DNA of 64,000 nucleotides from Eledone cirrhosa (Eukaryota): the NCBI GenBank assembly GCA_964016885.1, contig OZ024747.1, positions 26,660,001 to 26,724,000 of the forward strand, written 5' to 3'. Of this stretch, positions 11,161 through 26,185 are shown piece by piece (within the stretch, counting starts at the first letter, position 1; the number at the start of each line of letters is the position of its first letter). The translations under genes and the position numbers were made by a program. Below the pieces are notes generated by a model that was not told where the DNA came from, ran no database searches, and saw only the letters and a program-made list of their open reading frames with translations.

Positions 11161-11586
11161 TATATAGTAATAATAATAAATTTGAAGACTAAATTTGCTT
11201 AAACTTTAATCTGTTATTTTAATAAATATATATATATATATATATACACATACATACATAAATACATATATATGTGGTGCGCGTGTGCATGCATTTGTGC
11301 GTTGACTCAAATACATCTCTTTCTCTCTACACACACACAAGACCAACAAAAGGCAACAAATGCAATGACATTAATTATTGAAATAGTCGTGGCAGCTAAT
11401 GAATAAAAAAGACAGTAACTAGAGGCGGGGATATGAAGGAGTGACTCCTTAAAAAGTTTTTGTTTAACGTAGCTTTTTATAACGTATTTTTTTTTATAAC
11501 AGATTTTTTTAACGTAGTTTTCTTTTTTTAACGAAGTGTTTAGTTGTTTAGTTATATTTAGTTTTTGTTTTGTTTATTTCGCTGCT

Positions 11587-11628
<42 letters not shown>

Positions 11629-11694
11629 ACACACACATACACACACTTTCAGTCAGTCTCTCTTTCTCTCTCTTTTTCATTCTTTTTCATTCTT

Positions 11695-11765
<71 letters not shown>

Positions 11766-12268
11766 CTCTACCTCTCTCTCTTTCTCCCTCTCTCTCTCCC
11801 TTTTTTTTCTCTCTATTGAATGTCGATGATGGCATACGGATGACAAGTGTCTGCCAGACTGCCAAGAAAGACGTGGCGACATCGCTACGTCGGTAAAGGG
11901 AGATAATTGCCTCAAAATAAGTCAATAAATCAACCCAATAAATAAATAAATAAATAAATAAGTATTGAGATAAGTAAATATATAAATAAATAGACGTTTA
12001 ATAAGTCATAGTTTTTTTTCTGTATTTATTGCTTGTTCTTATTTTTTGGCTTTATCTTTCTTTAATTTTGCTCACTGTTTCAGTTTTCGTTGCTGTATTT
12101 TCACGCCATACAATATTGAGTTTTATATGAGTGTGTGTGTGTATGTGCCTGGATGTATTTGAGTATATATATATATATACGTGTATGTTTATATATATAT
12201 ACTTATATGCATATATGAGCGTGTATGTGTGTGTGTCTGAGTCAGTGTGTGTCTTGGTGCGTTTGTGC

Positions 12269-12322
<54 letters not shown>

Positions 12323-12680
12323 ATGTGGAACTATATATATATATACAGTCATGTGGAACTATTGCCATCTTGCCTGATGGTTTGAACCCTACAGAACCAC
12401 CTGCCTCTTTGAGGTCAAATACCAACCTACTACCATCTACAAACTGACCAATGAGAATCAAGACTATTCCTGCTGACAACATCAAAATATTCCTAACAAG
12501 CTCATATGTCCCAAGGCTCTGATACCATCAACATTATACACACAGAGCTGGCATATCTAAGAACTGACTAACTGTCTGGTGAGGTCATAGCCATTCAATG
12601 GCTATCATCGAAATATATATAGCAGTAAATAAAGGATTATGAGTTCATGCAATTGACTTATGTTTCGTCACTATATATAT

Positions 12681-12711
<31 letters not shown>

Positions 12712-12820
12712 TTAAAATAACAGATTATAGTTTAAGCAAAGAATCGCTGCTTTCACCCTTTGATATATATTTATCCTTATCGAGCCCTCTTTGGATTTTA
12801 GTCTTCAAATTTATTATTAT

Positions 12821-12867
<47 letters not shown>

Positions 12868-12911
12868 TATATATTTATATAAATATATATATGTATATAT
12901 ATATATGTGTG

Positions 12912-12945
<34 letters not shown>

Positions 12946-13067
12946 TATAAGTATTGAAATTTCCGTTGGAAACAGAAAAGGTCATAGAAATGAAGAGTGC
13001 TCTATGTAAGTATCAGAGCAAAATTAAATTCGCCTCATTCGGGAAACCTCTGGTAATGAGGTAATTA

Positions 13068-13259
13068 GGGCGGTGGATTGGCAGTATCGGTAGAGAGTCG
13101 GACACCATGCTTTGAAGCATCGAGTTACGTCCCTTTACGATCTGAGTTCAAATCCCGCCGAGGTTAACTTTGCCTTTCATCCTTACGGGGTCGATAAAAT
13201 AAAGTACCAGTAATGTACTGAGTAATTGCTGGCCTTGTGCCTAAAATAGAAACAATTAT
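13068..13259 (+). mobile_element. tRNA-derived SINE, full length
   Basis: GGCGGTGGATTGGCAGTATCGG..GAGTTCAAATCCCGCCGAGG..shared core and tail. Confidence 0.88.
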
Positions 13260-13306
13260 ATATATATATATATAAATATATGTATATGTACATATGTATA
13301 TGTATG

Positions 13307-13337
<31 letters not shown>

Positions 13338-13338
13338 T

Positions 13339-13370
<32 letters not shown>

Positions 13371-14202
13371 ATGCCAATTATTGTAAGTTTGAATTCGACA
13401 TGCAAAAGCAAAAGCCCAAATCGTAGTAGATTCAAATATCACAGAGAGAAAGTGAGAGAGGGGGAGAAATAAGGTGCAACAAAAACGAAACATGGATTAC
13501 AGGTTAAAATATAGTCTAGATATATGTGAAACAAAACGAGGATGTAGTTTATGGAACACCCAAATGATTCAGAAGTCGACCTTAAGTAGGAGTAATAATA
13601 TTAAGACATGAACGACACCACAACACTTTTTGAACATTTTGAAAGTTGGTTTATAAATATGAATGTTTATAAGATTGTTGTAGTTGTCTCTGTGGTTCAA
13701 ACCTGATCAAGAGGTACATGTAACCTTTTTTTTTTTTCAGTTTTTATTTTACACCCAATAGAAAAAAACTGAAAAGGTTTACCGGGAACCCTACTCCAGA
13801 CCAGGATCGAACGTCATGCCTGGATCACCACCCTCTATGACTCCTCCAACTAGGAAACCGAAAGAGCTACGAAAGTATAATAAAAATTGATAATCATAAA
13901 CCTACTTTCAAAATCAAAGTTTAAAAGATGTGGTGTCTTTCATGGCTTTCCTACAGCTATTAAAAATATTTAGGGTCGACTTCTGGTCATTATTGAAAGT
14001 TTCTGGATTCCGCAAAATACATATTTTTTATTGGAGAAGATAAGATATATTTCTGCAAAAATTTGATTGCACTGTTTTGTTTCCACTTATGTATTTTTCG
14101 AAAATGTTATTTATTCATTATAAAAATTAAATGATAGCATTCTATATGTAGGTGGGCCCATTTCATCTCCTGGTAACCAATATTTTTAGACCCAGTCCGC
14201 CA

Positions 14203-14294
<92 letters not shown>

Positions 14295-14359
14295 TTATAT
14301 ATATATATATATATATTTTAAAGTTCAGACAGTGAACAGAAAACAAAAAAAACAACGTG

Positions 14360-14640
14360 GAAGCGAAGAGGCAGTATAAATGTTAATATTAGTTTTACGC
14401 TTGAGAGTGGGGGGTGGGGGATAATGTTTCGGGCATAAGCCCTTCATCAGGAGAAAAGTGGACAGGAAGAGAGTTCCGAAGGTGTGTGAGGGAGTGGTGG
14501 AAAGACATTAAAAAAAACCTAATATTAACACTTTGTACTGCCTCTTCGCTTCGAGACCAACCAGATGTGAGAAAAACCACAGACCCTCCATCTCAACTCT
14601 ACTTTTAAAAAGCAGAAGAACTGCGAAACCGGTAAAGGAA
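14360..14640. repeat. fold-back element with partial hammerhead motifs
   Basis: Arms 14360-14392 and 14519-14552; minus strand CTGATGA-A-GGGC-TTAT-GCCC-GAAAC at 14426-14450; plus strand GCAG-AAGAA-CTGC-GAAAC-CG-GTA at about 14612-14634. Confidence 0.65.
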
Positions 14641-14769
14641 CCAAATAAATATATATATTTTTTTTAAAAATAAGACTCCAGTTGCATTTTCGATTTCATC
14701 TCTTTTTCTTTATACTTTCACTCGTGTAGAACACCTCGGTTATTTTTCAATTTGTAAAAAAAACCTCAC

Positions 14770-14847
<78 letters not shown>

Positions 14848-15088
14848 TTATTCCAAATTGAAGGATAAGTGTTTCAAACTTTATTTTATCATGAGTTAAA
14901 GGTCTATAGATTTTCCCTGGATTTTACTAAATTCTGTGGATGAATTTATATCCTGATTCTCTTTTGAGATGAGTTTGAGTTATTTTTCCTAAATCTTTCG
15001 TTAACTACTTTTCCCATCTTGACGTTATAGTCGCATATATGTTATAGAATGCCGTTAGCTTCTTGCTAAAACAATCTCTATACCTCTC

Positions 15089-15147
<59 letters not shown>

Positions 15148-15484
15148 TATGTTTGTGTATGAGTCTGTGCGTTTTGTGTGTATGCTGAAGATGGTGCTCA
15201 TGTTCCCAAACTGTATTGCGATAACGAAGCCCCGACATCATATCGTAGTTCGACTTGATAAAATAAATATCTTGGTTGTCGAGTTGACTGTGTGATGTGA
15301 AATCTATGTAGAGTCGGTATCTATCATGTTATGTTAACGCTGCTGTTTATTTCGTGTAAAACATCGGTCACGCTGGGAAGAAGATGGTAAGTGTGTGCTC
15401 GTGAGAGAGAGGGGGAGAGATTTTGGTAGTTTCCGTAATTTGTTAAATTTATTCGATTTATTTTGGGTTGTATATATCTATTTG

Positions 15485-17170
<1,686 letters not shown>

Positions 17171-17177
<7 letters not shown>

Positions 17178-17441
17178 AATTAAAAAGAACAGAAAGATGC
17201 AGTAAAAGAGATTTATTCGGTTCTTACGTACGTTTCAATAGACATCAATTTGCCTAGATCTCGCTACATCTATAATATTATATATTTAGTAGAGCATTCG
17301 ATATCCAATGCACAATCGATCCCATATCATCAGAGATTAGGTTTTTAGCGAGATCTAGGCAAATTGATGTCTATTGAAACGTACGTAAGAACCGAATAAA
17401 TCTCTTTTACTGCATCTTTCTGTTCTTTTTAATTCTTTATA
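17171..17441. repeat. fold-back element, 96-bp arms, HHR on minus strand (17222-17336)
   Basis: Arms 17171-17266 and 17346-17441; TCT-CTGATGA-T-ATGGGATCGATT...AATTGATGTCTAT-T-GAAAC-GTAC-GTA-AGA. Confidence 0.8.
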
Positions 17442-17580
17442 TACGCCCCGGAATATAGCTAAACTGGAATATACACCTTTTTTCTGCATTTCGTTGAGCA
17501 CCACTTTGTTGTAAGCTGACATTCCACTACACGGTACATAACACTGTGTCCTGGAAAACATTAATGCACTCGTGCATAAC

Positions 17581-17655
<75 letters not shown>

Positions 17656-17712
17656 TATCTGTCCCAGTTCTTGTCTCGACATACCCTTTTCTGAGATGGT
17701 ACATCGTAAGTA

Positions 17713-17879
17713 CCGTATTTCCCGGTGCCGAAGACGCTTTGTCTTCGAGGAAGCACCCTAATTTTGACAACCAAAAATAATTAAAAAAATAATAAACAAC
17801 TTTCGGCATCCAGGACGCATGGCAGACTTTTAGACTTATTTTAGGGAAAAAGTAGCGTCTTCGACGCCGGGAAATGCGG
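17713..17879. mobile_element. MITE, pogo/Tc2-like termini
   Basis: TIR CCGTATTTCCCGGTGCCGAAGACGC / GCGTCTTCGACGCCGGGAAATGCGG, TA flanks. Confidence 0.85.
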
Positions 17880-18020
17880 TACTTAAATTGTTTCACTTTC
17901 TCTCCTTCCTTTTCATCAATCTTGATCGGCTCTTCTAAGTTTCTTGCTCTTCACAAGTACTTTGTCCTTCTCAGCACTTAATTTCATATATATAGATATA
18001 TGTATTTGTGTATGTATATA

Positions 18021-18194
18021 CAGTGAAATTCCGTTATAACGAAATTCACGGTGTATTAAAAAATTCGTTATAATAAAATCTTCTTTATAACGAGATCGAC
18101 GTAAACCATCGAGCGTGTGGGCGGGAATTGAAAAAAATGTTGTTATACTGAAAAATTTCTTATAATGTTAGTCTTTCTAACGGAATTTTACCTG
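18021..18194. mobile_element. MITE, Tigger/pogo-like termini
   Basis: TIR CAGTGAAATTCCGTTA / TAACGGAATTTTACCTG; internal TATAACGA/TCGTTATA repeats. Confidence 0.7.
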
Positions 18195-18207
18195 TGTATA
18201 TATATAA

Positions 18208-18500
18208 CTGATAACTTTGATAGGTTTCGGCCAGTATTGGCCCAAGCCATATCTAATTTAATAGTACCACCTGGTGAAGTCTTTCAAATCAGGATTTGGA
18301 CACCATTACCCACTCAAGTAGAGAGTTATTGTTTACGGAGCATATCCAGGTGTAGGAGGTTTATTGGGGATTTCTTGAAGGAATTTGTCCAAAGACTTCT
18401 TGAACTTTATGGGGTCTGTTTCTGTTTTAATGTGTAATGTTAAAGAGAGCGGGGTTAATTGAGGTGAAATAATTGTGTCGTATTGTTGTTATGAAATGCG
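18208..18500 (-). mobile_element. CR1-group LINE 3' end fragment
   Basis: Minus strand DPIKFKKSLDKFLQEIPNKPPTPGY..NNNSLLEW followed by a short 3' UTR. Confidence 0.6.
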
Positions 18501-18550
18501 TGTTTCATATATAGTAATAATAATTACGAAGATCAAAATCCGATAAGGAT

Positions 18551-18612
<62 letters not shown>

Positions 18613-19164
18613 ATAGATAAACCCGTAGAGCAAATATTTATTAGTATAGATTAAAGTTTAAGCAAAGAGTAGGATGAAAGCAGAAATTCTTTGCTTAAAC
18701 TTTATTCTGTACTAATAATAAATAAATATATATATATATATATATACACGTGTGCGTGTGCGTGTGCGTGTGCGTGTGCGTGTGTGTGTGTGTGTGTGAT
18801 TAAAGATGCTATCTAAAAATGGTGATCGGCAAATAACCTCATTTCTGATGATTTCATACGAATTAATTCTAGTAAGAAAATTCCTAAATTATGAATGAAA
18901 CTGGGCTGATTAGTTGAGAAGTTGACTTCGCAATTATTAGGGTTTTGATGAGGAATCTTGGCCAAGTGTCTTTTACCATAGTCGCGATTCCACCCAAACC
19001 TACTGAATGAAATTGGATAGACAGAAACGGTGTGGAAGCCCGGATTGTACTTGTAATTCAAAGTTGTACAAAGTTGCATTGTTGTACATTGTCATCTTGA
19101 ATCTCCCTGAGAAGCATGTTAATGTCTATGGAACTTTCAGCCACTTACACGTTAATTTCATGAG

Positions 19165-19511
19165 CAGTTGTTGTTACTGTTGTTGTTACTGTTGTTGTTA
19201 CTGCTTTTGTAGTTGTTGTTACTGCTAATGTTGTTGTAGTCGCGGTTGTTGTTATGGTGGTAGTTGTTGTTGTGGTTGTAGTAGTCGCGGTTGTTGTTAT
19301 GGTGGTAGTTGTTGTTATGGTTGCTGTTATTTTTGTTGCTGTTGCTACTGTTGTTGAGTTTTGTTGTTGTTGCTATTGCTATCGTTGTTGCTGTTGTTAC
19401 TGTTGCTGTTATTGCTACGGCTACTGTTGTTGTTATTGCTATTGTTGTTGTTGTTGTTGCTGTTTTTGTTATTGCTATTGATGTTGTTGCTGTTACTGTT
19501 GCTGTTGCTGC

Positions 19512-19547
<36 letters not shown>

Positions 19548-19988
19548 GTTGTTATTATATTTTGTCAACAAACTAAATTAACAATTTTCTGCAGGCAAAA
19601 ATAATTTTAATGATTCAGACAATCATATTTTATTCTTCATATCAAAATTTAAATATAACTCTCGAAATTGGAACCGCTACACCGACCTTCCATTACAATC
19701 ATCTTTAGAGCAAACCTATTACTGCCTTATTTTAGCTGGCATCTTTTGTTGGTGGTGGTTGTGGTGGTGGTTGTGGTTGGTGTGGTTGGTGTTGTAGTTG
19801 TTGGAGTTGTTGTTGGTGAGTTTTTGTTATTGTTGTTGCTGTTGGTGGTAGTAGTAGTGATGGTGGTGTTTGTGATGGTGGTGGTGGTGGTGGTATTGTT
19901 GTTGGTGTCGTTAGTATTGTAGTTGTTGGTGCCGTTTTTGTTGATGTTGCTGTTGGTGGTAGTAGTAGTGATTGTGGTGTTTGTGATG

Positions 19989-20045
<57 letters not shown>

Positions 20046-20240
20046 ATGGTGGTGGTTGTGATGGTGGTGGTGGTGGTGGTGGTGGTGGTGGTAGTAGTGA
20101 TGATGGTGGTTGTGATGGTGGTGGTGGTGGCGGTGTGGTAGTAGCAGTGATGGTGGTGGTTGTAATGGTGGTGGTGATGGTGGTAGTAGTAGTAGTGATG
20201 GTGGTGGTGGTGGTGGTAGTTGTAGTTTGTTGTTGTTGGC
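19165..20240. repeat. (GTT)n, (GGT)n, (GTA)n compound microsatellites with a short unique spacer
   Basis: Direct reading. Confidence 0.9.
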
Positions 20241-20464
20241 TGCTCCTCTTTAATATCTAGAAGTAAAAGAACACTAAGTTCAATCAATTAACTGGCCTCG
20301 TCTCACATTTAATTGACGTCACCATGAAGTTGACACGTGATAGGAAGATAGATTAGCACGTGACTAAATTGGTTATGTTTGTTTGTTGGTTGGTTCGTTC
20401 GTTCGTTGACGGGAACTCCGTCGATTCCGACGATGATAGGTGGTCCAGTTTTTTTCTTATTATA

Positions 20465-20987
20465 TACAACAGCTTGTTGGTGAAATTAGCCTCCAAGTGG
20501 TGACTTAACATTCCACTGGCACGTGTAGACTTAATGTAGCTTTCTAGGGGAAGATTCAATGTCACACAATTTGTGACATGGCTGGCCTTTTTACTTATAG
20601 ATACAGTCCCTCTTGTATTAGAGTGTAAATGACTGAGCATTTCACAGACACCTGTACACTTAATGTAATTCTCAGGGAGAATCAACTTGACACAGTGTGT
20701 GACAAAGCTGTCCCTTTGAATCACGGGTACAACCCATTTTGTATTGTAGTGCAAGTGGCTGAGCTTTCGCTAGACATGTGTACCCTTAACATATTTCTCA
20801 CGGAGATTCAGTGTGATGCACTGTGTGACAAAGCCGGTCCTTTGAATTACAGCTATAACTCATTTTGTTCCAGCGGACCAACGTAAATAAAGTGTTTTGC
20901 TCAAGGACACAATGCACTGCCGTGAATCAAAATCACAACCTTAGGATCGTGAGCTGAACACCATAATCTCTAAGCCACGCGCCTTCT
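20465..20987 (-). mobile_element. second tRNA-derived SINE family with about 3 internal tandem units
   Basis: Head GAAGGCGCGTGGCTTAG..GTGTCCTTGAGCAAAACACTTTATTT; repeated TTTGTCACAC..GAATCTCC..GAGAA units; relatives at 31077-31290 and 59199-59620. Confidence 0.7.
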
Positions 20988-21191
20988 CATTTAACATTTG
21001 AGTGTCAGTCTAGATCCGAATTGGAGATGGGAGACAAACTTAAAAGGATGCTAGTTTGCCAAAAATAATATGAGGGTGTCTTAACATCCACTTAACTACA
21101 AAACATTGAAACACTAGTCGGCCATTTTTTTATGTACGGTGATCTAATTGCATGGCGTCGTAACTTTGTTACGTCAGTAATCATGTGACGT

Positions 21192-21224
<33 letters not shown>

Positions 21225-21243
21225 ATGTGTGTGTGTGTGTGAT

Positions 21244-21296
<53 letters not shown>

Positions 21297-21297
<1 letters not shown>

Positions 21298-21598
21298 TTC
21301 TTTATTTGCCACAAGGGTGCACAAGAAAAGGGGACAAAACAAAAACATGCCGGGGATTTTACATACAATCGTGTAAAAATATGAAACAAACAAATATAAC
21401 AATCGAAATCCCCAATAGGAGGGAGGCGCCACAAATGGGTTGTTTAATACCCCGTCGATAGAACAACCCTCAACTTCAGGAGCGTGTTGTGCAAGTGCTC
21501 CTTTCTTCCTGTTGCTCTCTTCTTCAACCTACAGGTTTATATACAGAGAAGGCCCAATCACTCGGGCCATTTTTGTCACATTCACCCACCTTTCAATA
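21297..21598 (-). mobile_element. Tx1-clade LINE 3' fragment in (GATA)n
   Basis: Encodes ERWVNVTKMARVIGPSL; ends CCCTTGTGGCAAATAAAGAAA; (GATA)n both sides. Confidence 0.8.
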
Positions 21599-21607
21599 GG
21601 TAGACAA

Positions 21608-21674
<67 letters not shown>

Positions 21675-21915
21675 TGTTTCTTTATTAGCCACAGGGGCAC
21701 AAAAGAAGGGGACAAATACAAAGGGGGAAGTTTACATACAATAAAAATGTGTAAAATATTATCACAAATGCAATTTAAAAAATTAGTCGATTTTCCCCAA
21801 GAGGGGGAGACAGTTCATATGGGTAACACATACCCCCTAAAAAATGTGCAACCCTCATCTCCAGGAGTACGAAGAGTTTGTACCCCTTTCCTCTCTTCCT
21901 CTTTTTCCTCAACCT
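21675..21915 (-). mobile_element. Tx1-clade LINE 3' UTR fragment in (GATA)n
   Basis: Similar to 3' UTR at 51977-52200; ends CCCCTGTGGCTAATAAAGAAAC; (GATA)n both sides. Confidence 0.75.
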
Positions 21916-21973
<58 letters not shown>

Positions 21974-22501
21974 TGAAACATGAATGAGAAAAGACGGAAA
22001 ATATGGCAATAGTTCCGAAGTAAAGAATACGGAAATAACCGAAAGTTGCCAACAAATACGTTCCACATGGTTACCTCTGTTTTGACATGGTGACGACAGA
22101 AATAAACACATATTTAAACAAATAGGTGAAAGAAGAAAAAATAGAAAGAAAGTAAGAGCGAAAGAAAGAAAGTGTGAGCTAAAGAAAGAAAAGGAGAGAG
22201 AAATAAGAAAAAAAGGGAGAGAGGAAAAAAGAAAGAAAGAGAGAGATAGAAAGAAATGTGCTTGACATGTGAAAAGAGACGTTTTAAGGCTGACAAGTGG
22301 CACGTATTGTAAGGCATAAAAAGTCTGGTTCGGGTGGGAGAAAGGGAAAAACTGGTGTCAGAGCTATGGCATCAGAAACTGACTCTCGCCCGATTTATCT
22401 TTAATTTCTCTCGCTCTCACTCTCTCTATATATATATGTGTGTGTCTATCTATCAATCTCTCTTTCTTTCCTTCTTTTTCTTTCTCTCTCTCCCCCTCTT
22501 C

Positions 22502-22549
<48 letters not shown>

Positions 22550-22550
22550 T

Positions 22551-22686
22551 ATATTTAATATAGAAATGGCTTCTACAGGACTAGAACTGTTTCATTCGAA
22601 GGAAATCATCGGGAAAGTCCTTTCCCGATGATTTCCTTCGAATGAAACAGTTCTAGTCCTGTAGAAGCCATTTCTATATTAAATAT
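22551..22686. repeat. perfect palindrome, 67-bp arms, 2-nt spacer
   Basis: 22551-22617 is the reverse complement of 22620-22686; includes CCGATGA-T-TTC-CTTC-GAA-T-GAAAC. Confidence 0.92.
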
Positions 22687-22770
22687 TGTATATACTCTAC
22701 TATGTATTGAGTACTTTACTTACTGTGGTTACCCTCAATTGCACCCGGGATGCACACACACATATAAACA

Positions 22771-22944
22771 AACAGGGTGTGGTAACATACCAGGTGGACC
22801 ATAATGGACCAAAGTGCTCAATACTTAGGGTAGTAGAGTTGGTAATAGAAGAAGAGTCAGGACCCTGACGGCTGAGCTCCGGCCATTTCGACAGCTAGAT
22901 CCGAACTGTTCGGAGCTCAGCCGTCGGGGTCCTGACTCTTTTCC
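22771..22944. repeat. family A hairpin element, copy 2
   Basis: Aligns with 1235-1413. Confidence 0.85.
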
Positions 22945-24471
22945 TATATATATATATATATTTGAAAAAAAAGGAAAAGAATAACTTCACTTGTAGTGTT
23001 AACAAATTTTTGATTTAATTTTATAATATTATAATATTATGAGTTGGTAGATCCAGTAAGTTCTTTGTTAACTTCGGTGGGAAGAATTTTAGAGATTTCT
23101 GGTTAACTTGGGTTGGAGAACTTTCTCGCATTCGTCTGTCTGTGGCGATTGTCAAACTGAGATCAGGTTGTGTTGAAATGTGTGACTATATATATATAAG
23201 AGAGATTTGGATGTGTCTGTGTATATATGTATATATATATGGGGAAATGTATGTGTGTCTGTAACTGTTTATCATATTTTCATATTCATCTTTATTACGT
23301 ATATATGTATATCTTTTATTATAAAACTCAAGATCATGTGTTAATGACTTTGTGATAGATTTCTTGGTGGGGGGTGGGGGGTAATTTGAGAATATATATG
23401 CTGTGATATCTTCCGCCCTACATCTCTCTGTCACACGCGGTGTTAATAAGACATATCCACCCTCTGGTCAGTAGTATGGCAATAGCTATCTAAAGCTATC
23501 TACCTATATATTGTAGATAAACTTAAGAAAATTAATAAAGAAAGGACAAGACAACGAACAGAAACAAAATAAAACGAAAAACATTTTTAAGAGTAAACCT
23601 TTAAATTCTTTTTTTTTTTTTCTTAATAAAAATACAAACGAAAGACACAGAACTTCATAGTCATCGGCCGTTGAGATGGACTTGGGCAGTTTCGACTCCT
23701 ATCAACGGTACTGCTGGTCCATCTGAGGTCACAGCGTCTGACATAAGCCAAACGCTGGGAGAAATATATTGTAATTGATTCAAATGAATGTAAAATATGA
23801 TAATGGCCGGAGTAACATGAGGGAGAAAGTCAAGGATAATCGAGGATTCAAGCTTTATTTCATAGAATGTTGTAATCAAGAAATTATTAAATTAATATTT
23901 TTTATTATAAACCCCGTCGTTTTTTTCCCGGTACTGTGTGCGCGCGTGTGTGTGTGTACATGTATGGTCGGGTCTTCGGCGACTAAACCGGCAACCCCAC
24001 TAAACTTGCTTGGTGAGTAGGGTGATTTTGGACACTTTGCGGGATGAAAAACAAAGTCCGTCAAAGGAAGGAGAAACCCATGAGAGTCAACGGCCATCCA
24101 ATGAATTTGTTTGCTTTTTTTATGTGTGGAGCTAGAGACTCCTAGTCTTCATAAAGACATCTCTCTAGAAGAAGGTCGCTCTGATATAAAACCTGCAACT
24201 TTGTTTCTATCCAATCATGTAAACCAGTTCTTCTTTTTGAGCAAATGCATTTGATGTTCAGAGAGTGGGATTGGCTCCGTGCAAAGCTTTTCTTCACTTA
24301 AAAAAGCTTTAAGCACAGGCATCACTTGATATGTGACATTTTTTGCGATGCATGGTATTGCTGGCCGTAGACAAGTCCCTGACAGAAATAAAAACCCATG
24401 TCCGTGATGCTCGTGCTTAAGTATCGAATGATGGCATTACTCGAAATCGAGTTGCAGCCATCATTTATGTA

Positions 24472-24589
<118 letters not shown>

Positions 24590-24640
24590 TGTCTGTATGT
24601 ATGTATGTATGTCTGTCTGTCTGTGTGTGGTGTGAGCGTA

Positions 24641-24737
24641 CCCGAACTACGCCAACTTGTTCAATGGCTACGTTGAGGCCCAGATCTTCTTTAAGTTCCC
24701 TGGACCCAGCCCTAGGGTATACGGTCATTATATCGTC
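24641..24737 (+). pseudogene. Penelope-type RT fragment
   Basis: PNYANLFNGYVEAQIFFKFPGPSPRVYGHYI, matching PLE RT region preceding the YIDD motif. Confidence 0.7.
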
Positions 24738-24857
24738 ACACATTACTTAGCCCTAATAAAGAATATTTAAACTCTACATCGTTATTGAAGTACATGAGAA
24801 AATGTACTCCATAACAAAGTAGAGTTCAAATATTCTTTATTGTGGCTAAGTGAGTCT

Positions 24858-24895
24858 TGTTACTCTGGAATTTCACCTCCCAGGATCATCAGACA
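24858..24895 (-). ncRNA. compact type I hammerhead ribozyme
   Basis: TGT-CTGATGA-T-CCT-GGG-AGG-T-GAAA-TTC-CA-GAG-TA-ACA; stem I cut short by (CA)n. Confidence 0.62.
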
Positions 24896-25415
24896 CACAC
24901 ACACACATACACACACATATATATGTGTGTGTATGTGGTGTCTACATAAACATACATACACACTCACATGTTCACACACACACACACACGCATATATATA
25001 TATATATATATATTTGCAATCTTGATTTGTGTGTGTTTCTCGCTGTATCTTTCTCTTTCTTCGTTGCCGCTGTCTCTCAGTCTACCTCTGATCCCTCCCT
25101 CTTTCTCTCTCTCTCTCTTCTCTCTTTTCTCTCTCGCCCTCTCTCACACGCACACATACACACACGCACACACACTATCTATCTATCTGTTTCCACCACC
25201 CCTATCTCACCTGCAATACACTATATCACCAAACGACACGTTAACTTCGTGTCGTCTGCCATTTGCAAGCCTTTTCTACCAATCTGCCATCGTGACAACA
25301 AACATGGCTATACAAAGGAAAAAAAGTGACGCCTTTATTAACGAACGCCTCAACAAACTTTTATCTCTCCTGTTGCCTTTATTACTAGATTTTCTTTTTA
25401 AATTACATTATATAT

Positions 25416-25906
<491 letters not shown>

Positions 25907-26126
25907 ATGTGTGTATGAATGGATGCATATGTATTTAAGATGACAAGTATATTGGGTGTAGAAATTTGGGTGAAAAAGAAAATTTCTTCATTAATTGATT
26001 ATCGTCTGCGACATGCTTATTAACTGAATTGTGCACAAATACTTTACACAACATCTCTCCCTCACTATCTCTCTCCGCCCTCTCCCTCAATCTGTGTATA
26101 TATGTGTGTGCATGTGTGTATATGTA

Positions 26127-26185
<59 letters not shown>

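Noticed and set aside
13068-13170. tRNA genes at SINE heads
   Set aside because: A/B-box-like motifs only, no cloverleaf, and continuous with SINE body
14150-14206. hAT-like terminus CAGTGGCGGACTGG on minus strand
   Set aside because: No partner end or target duplication found
23186-23434. 82-aa ORF as host exon or PLE N-terminus
   Set aside because: No recognisable motif; runs into low-complexity sequence
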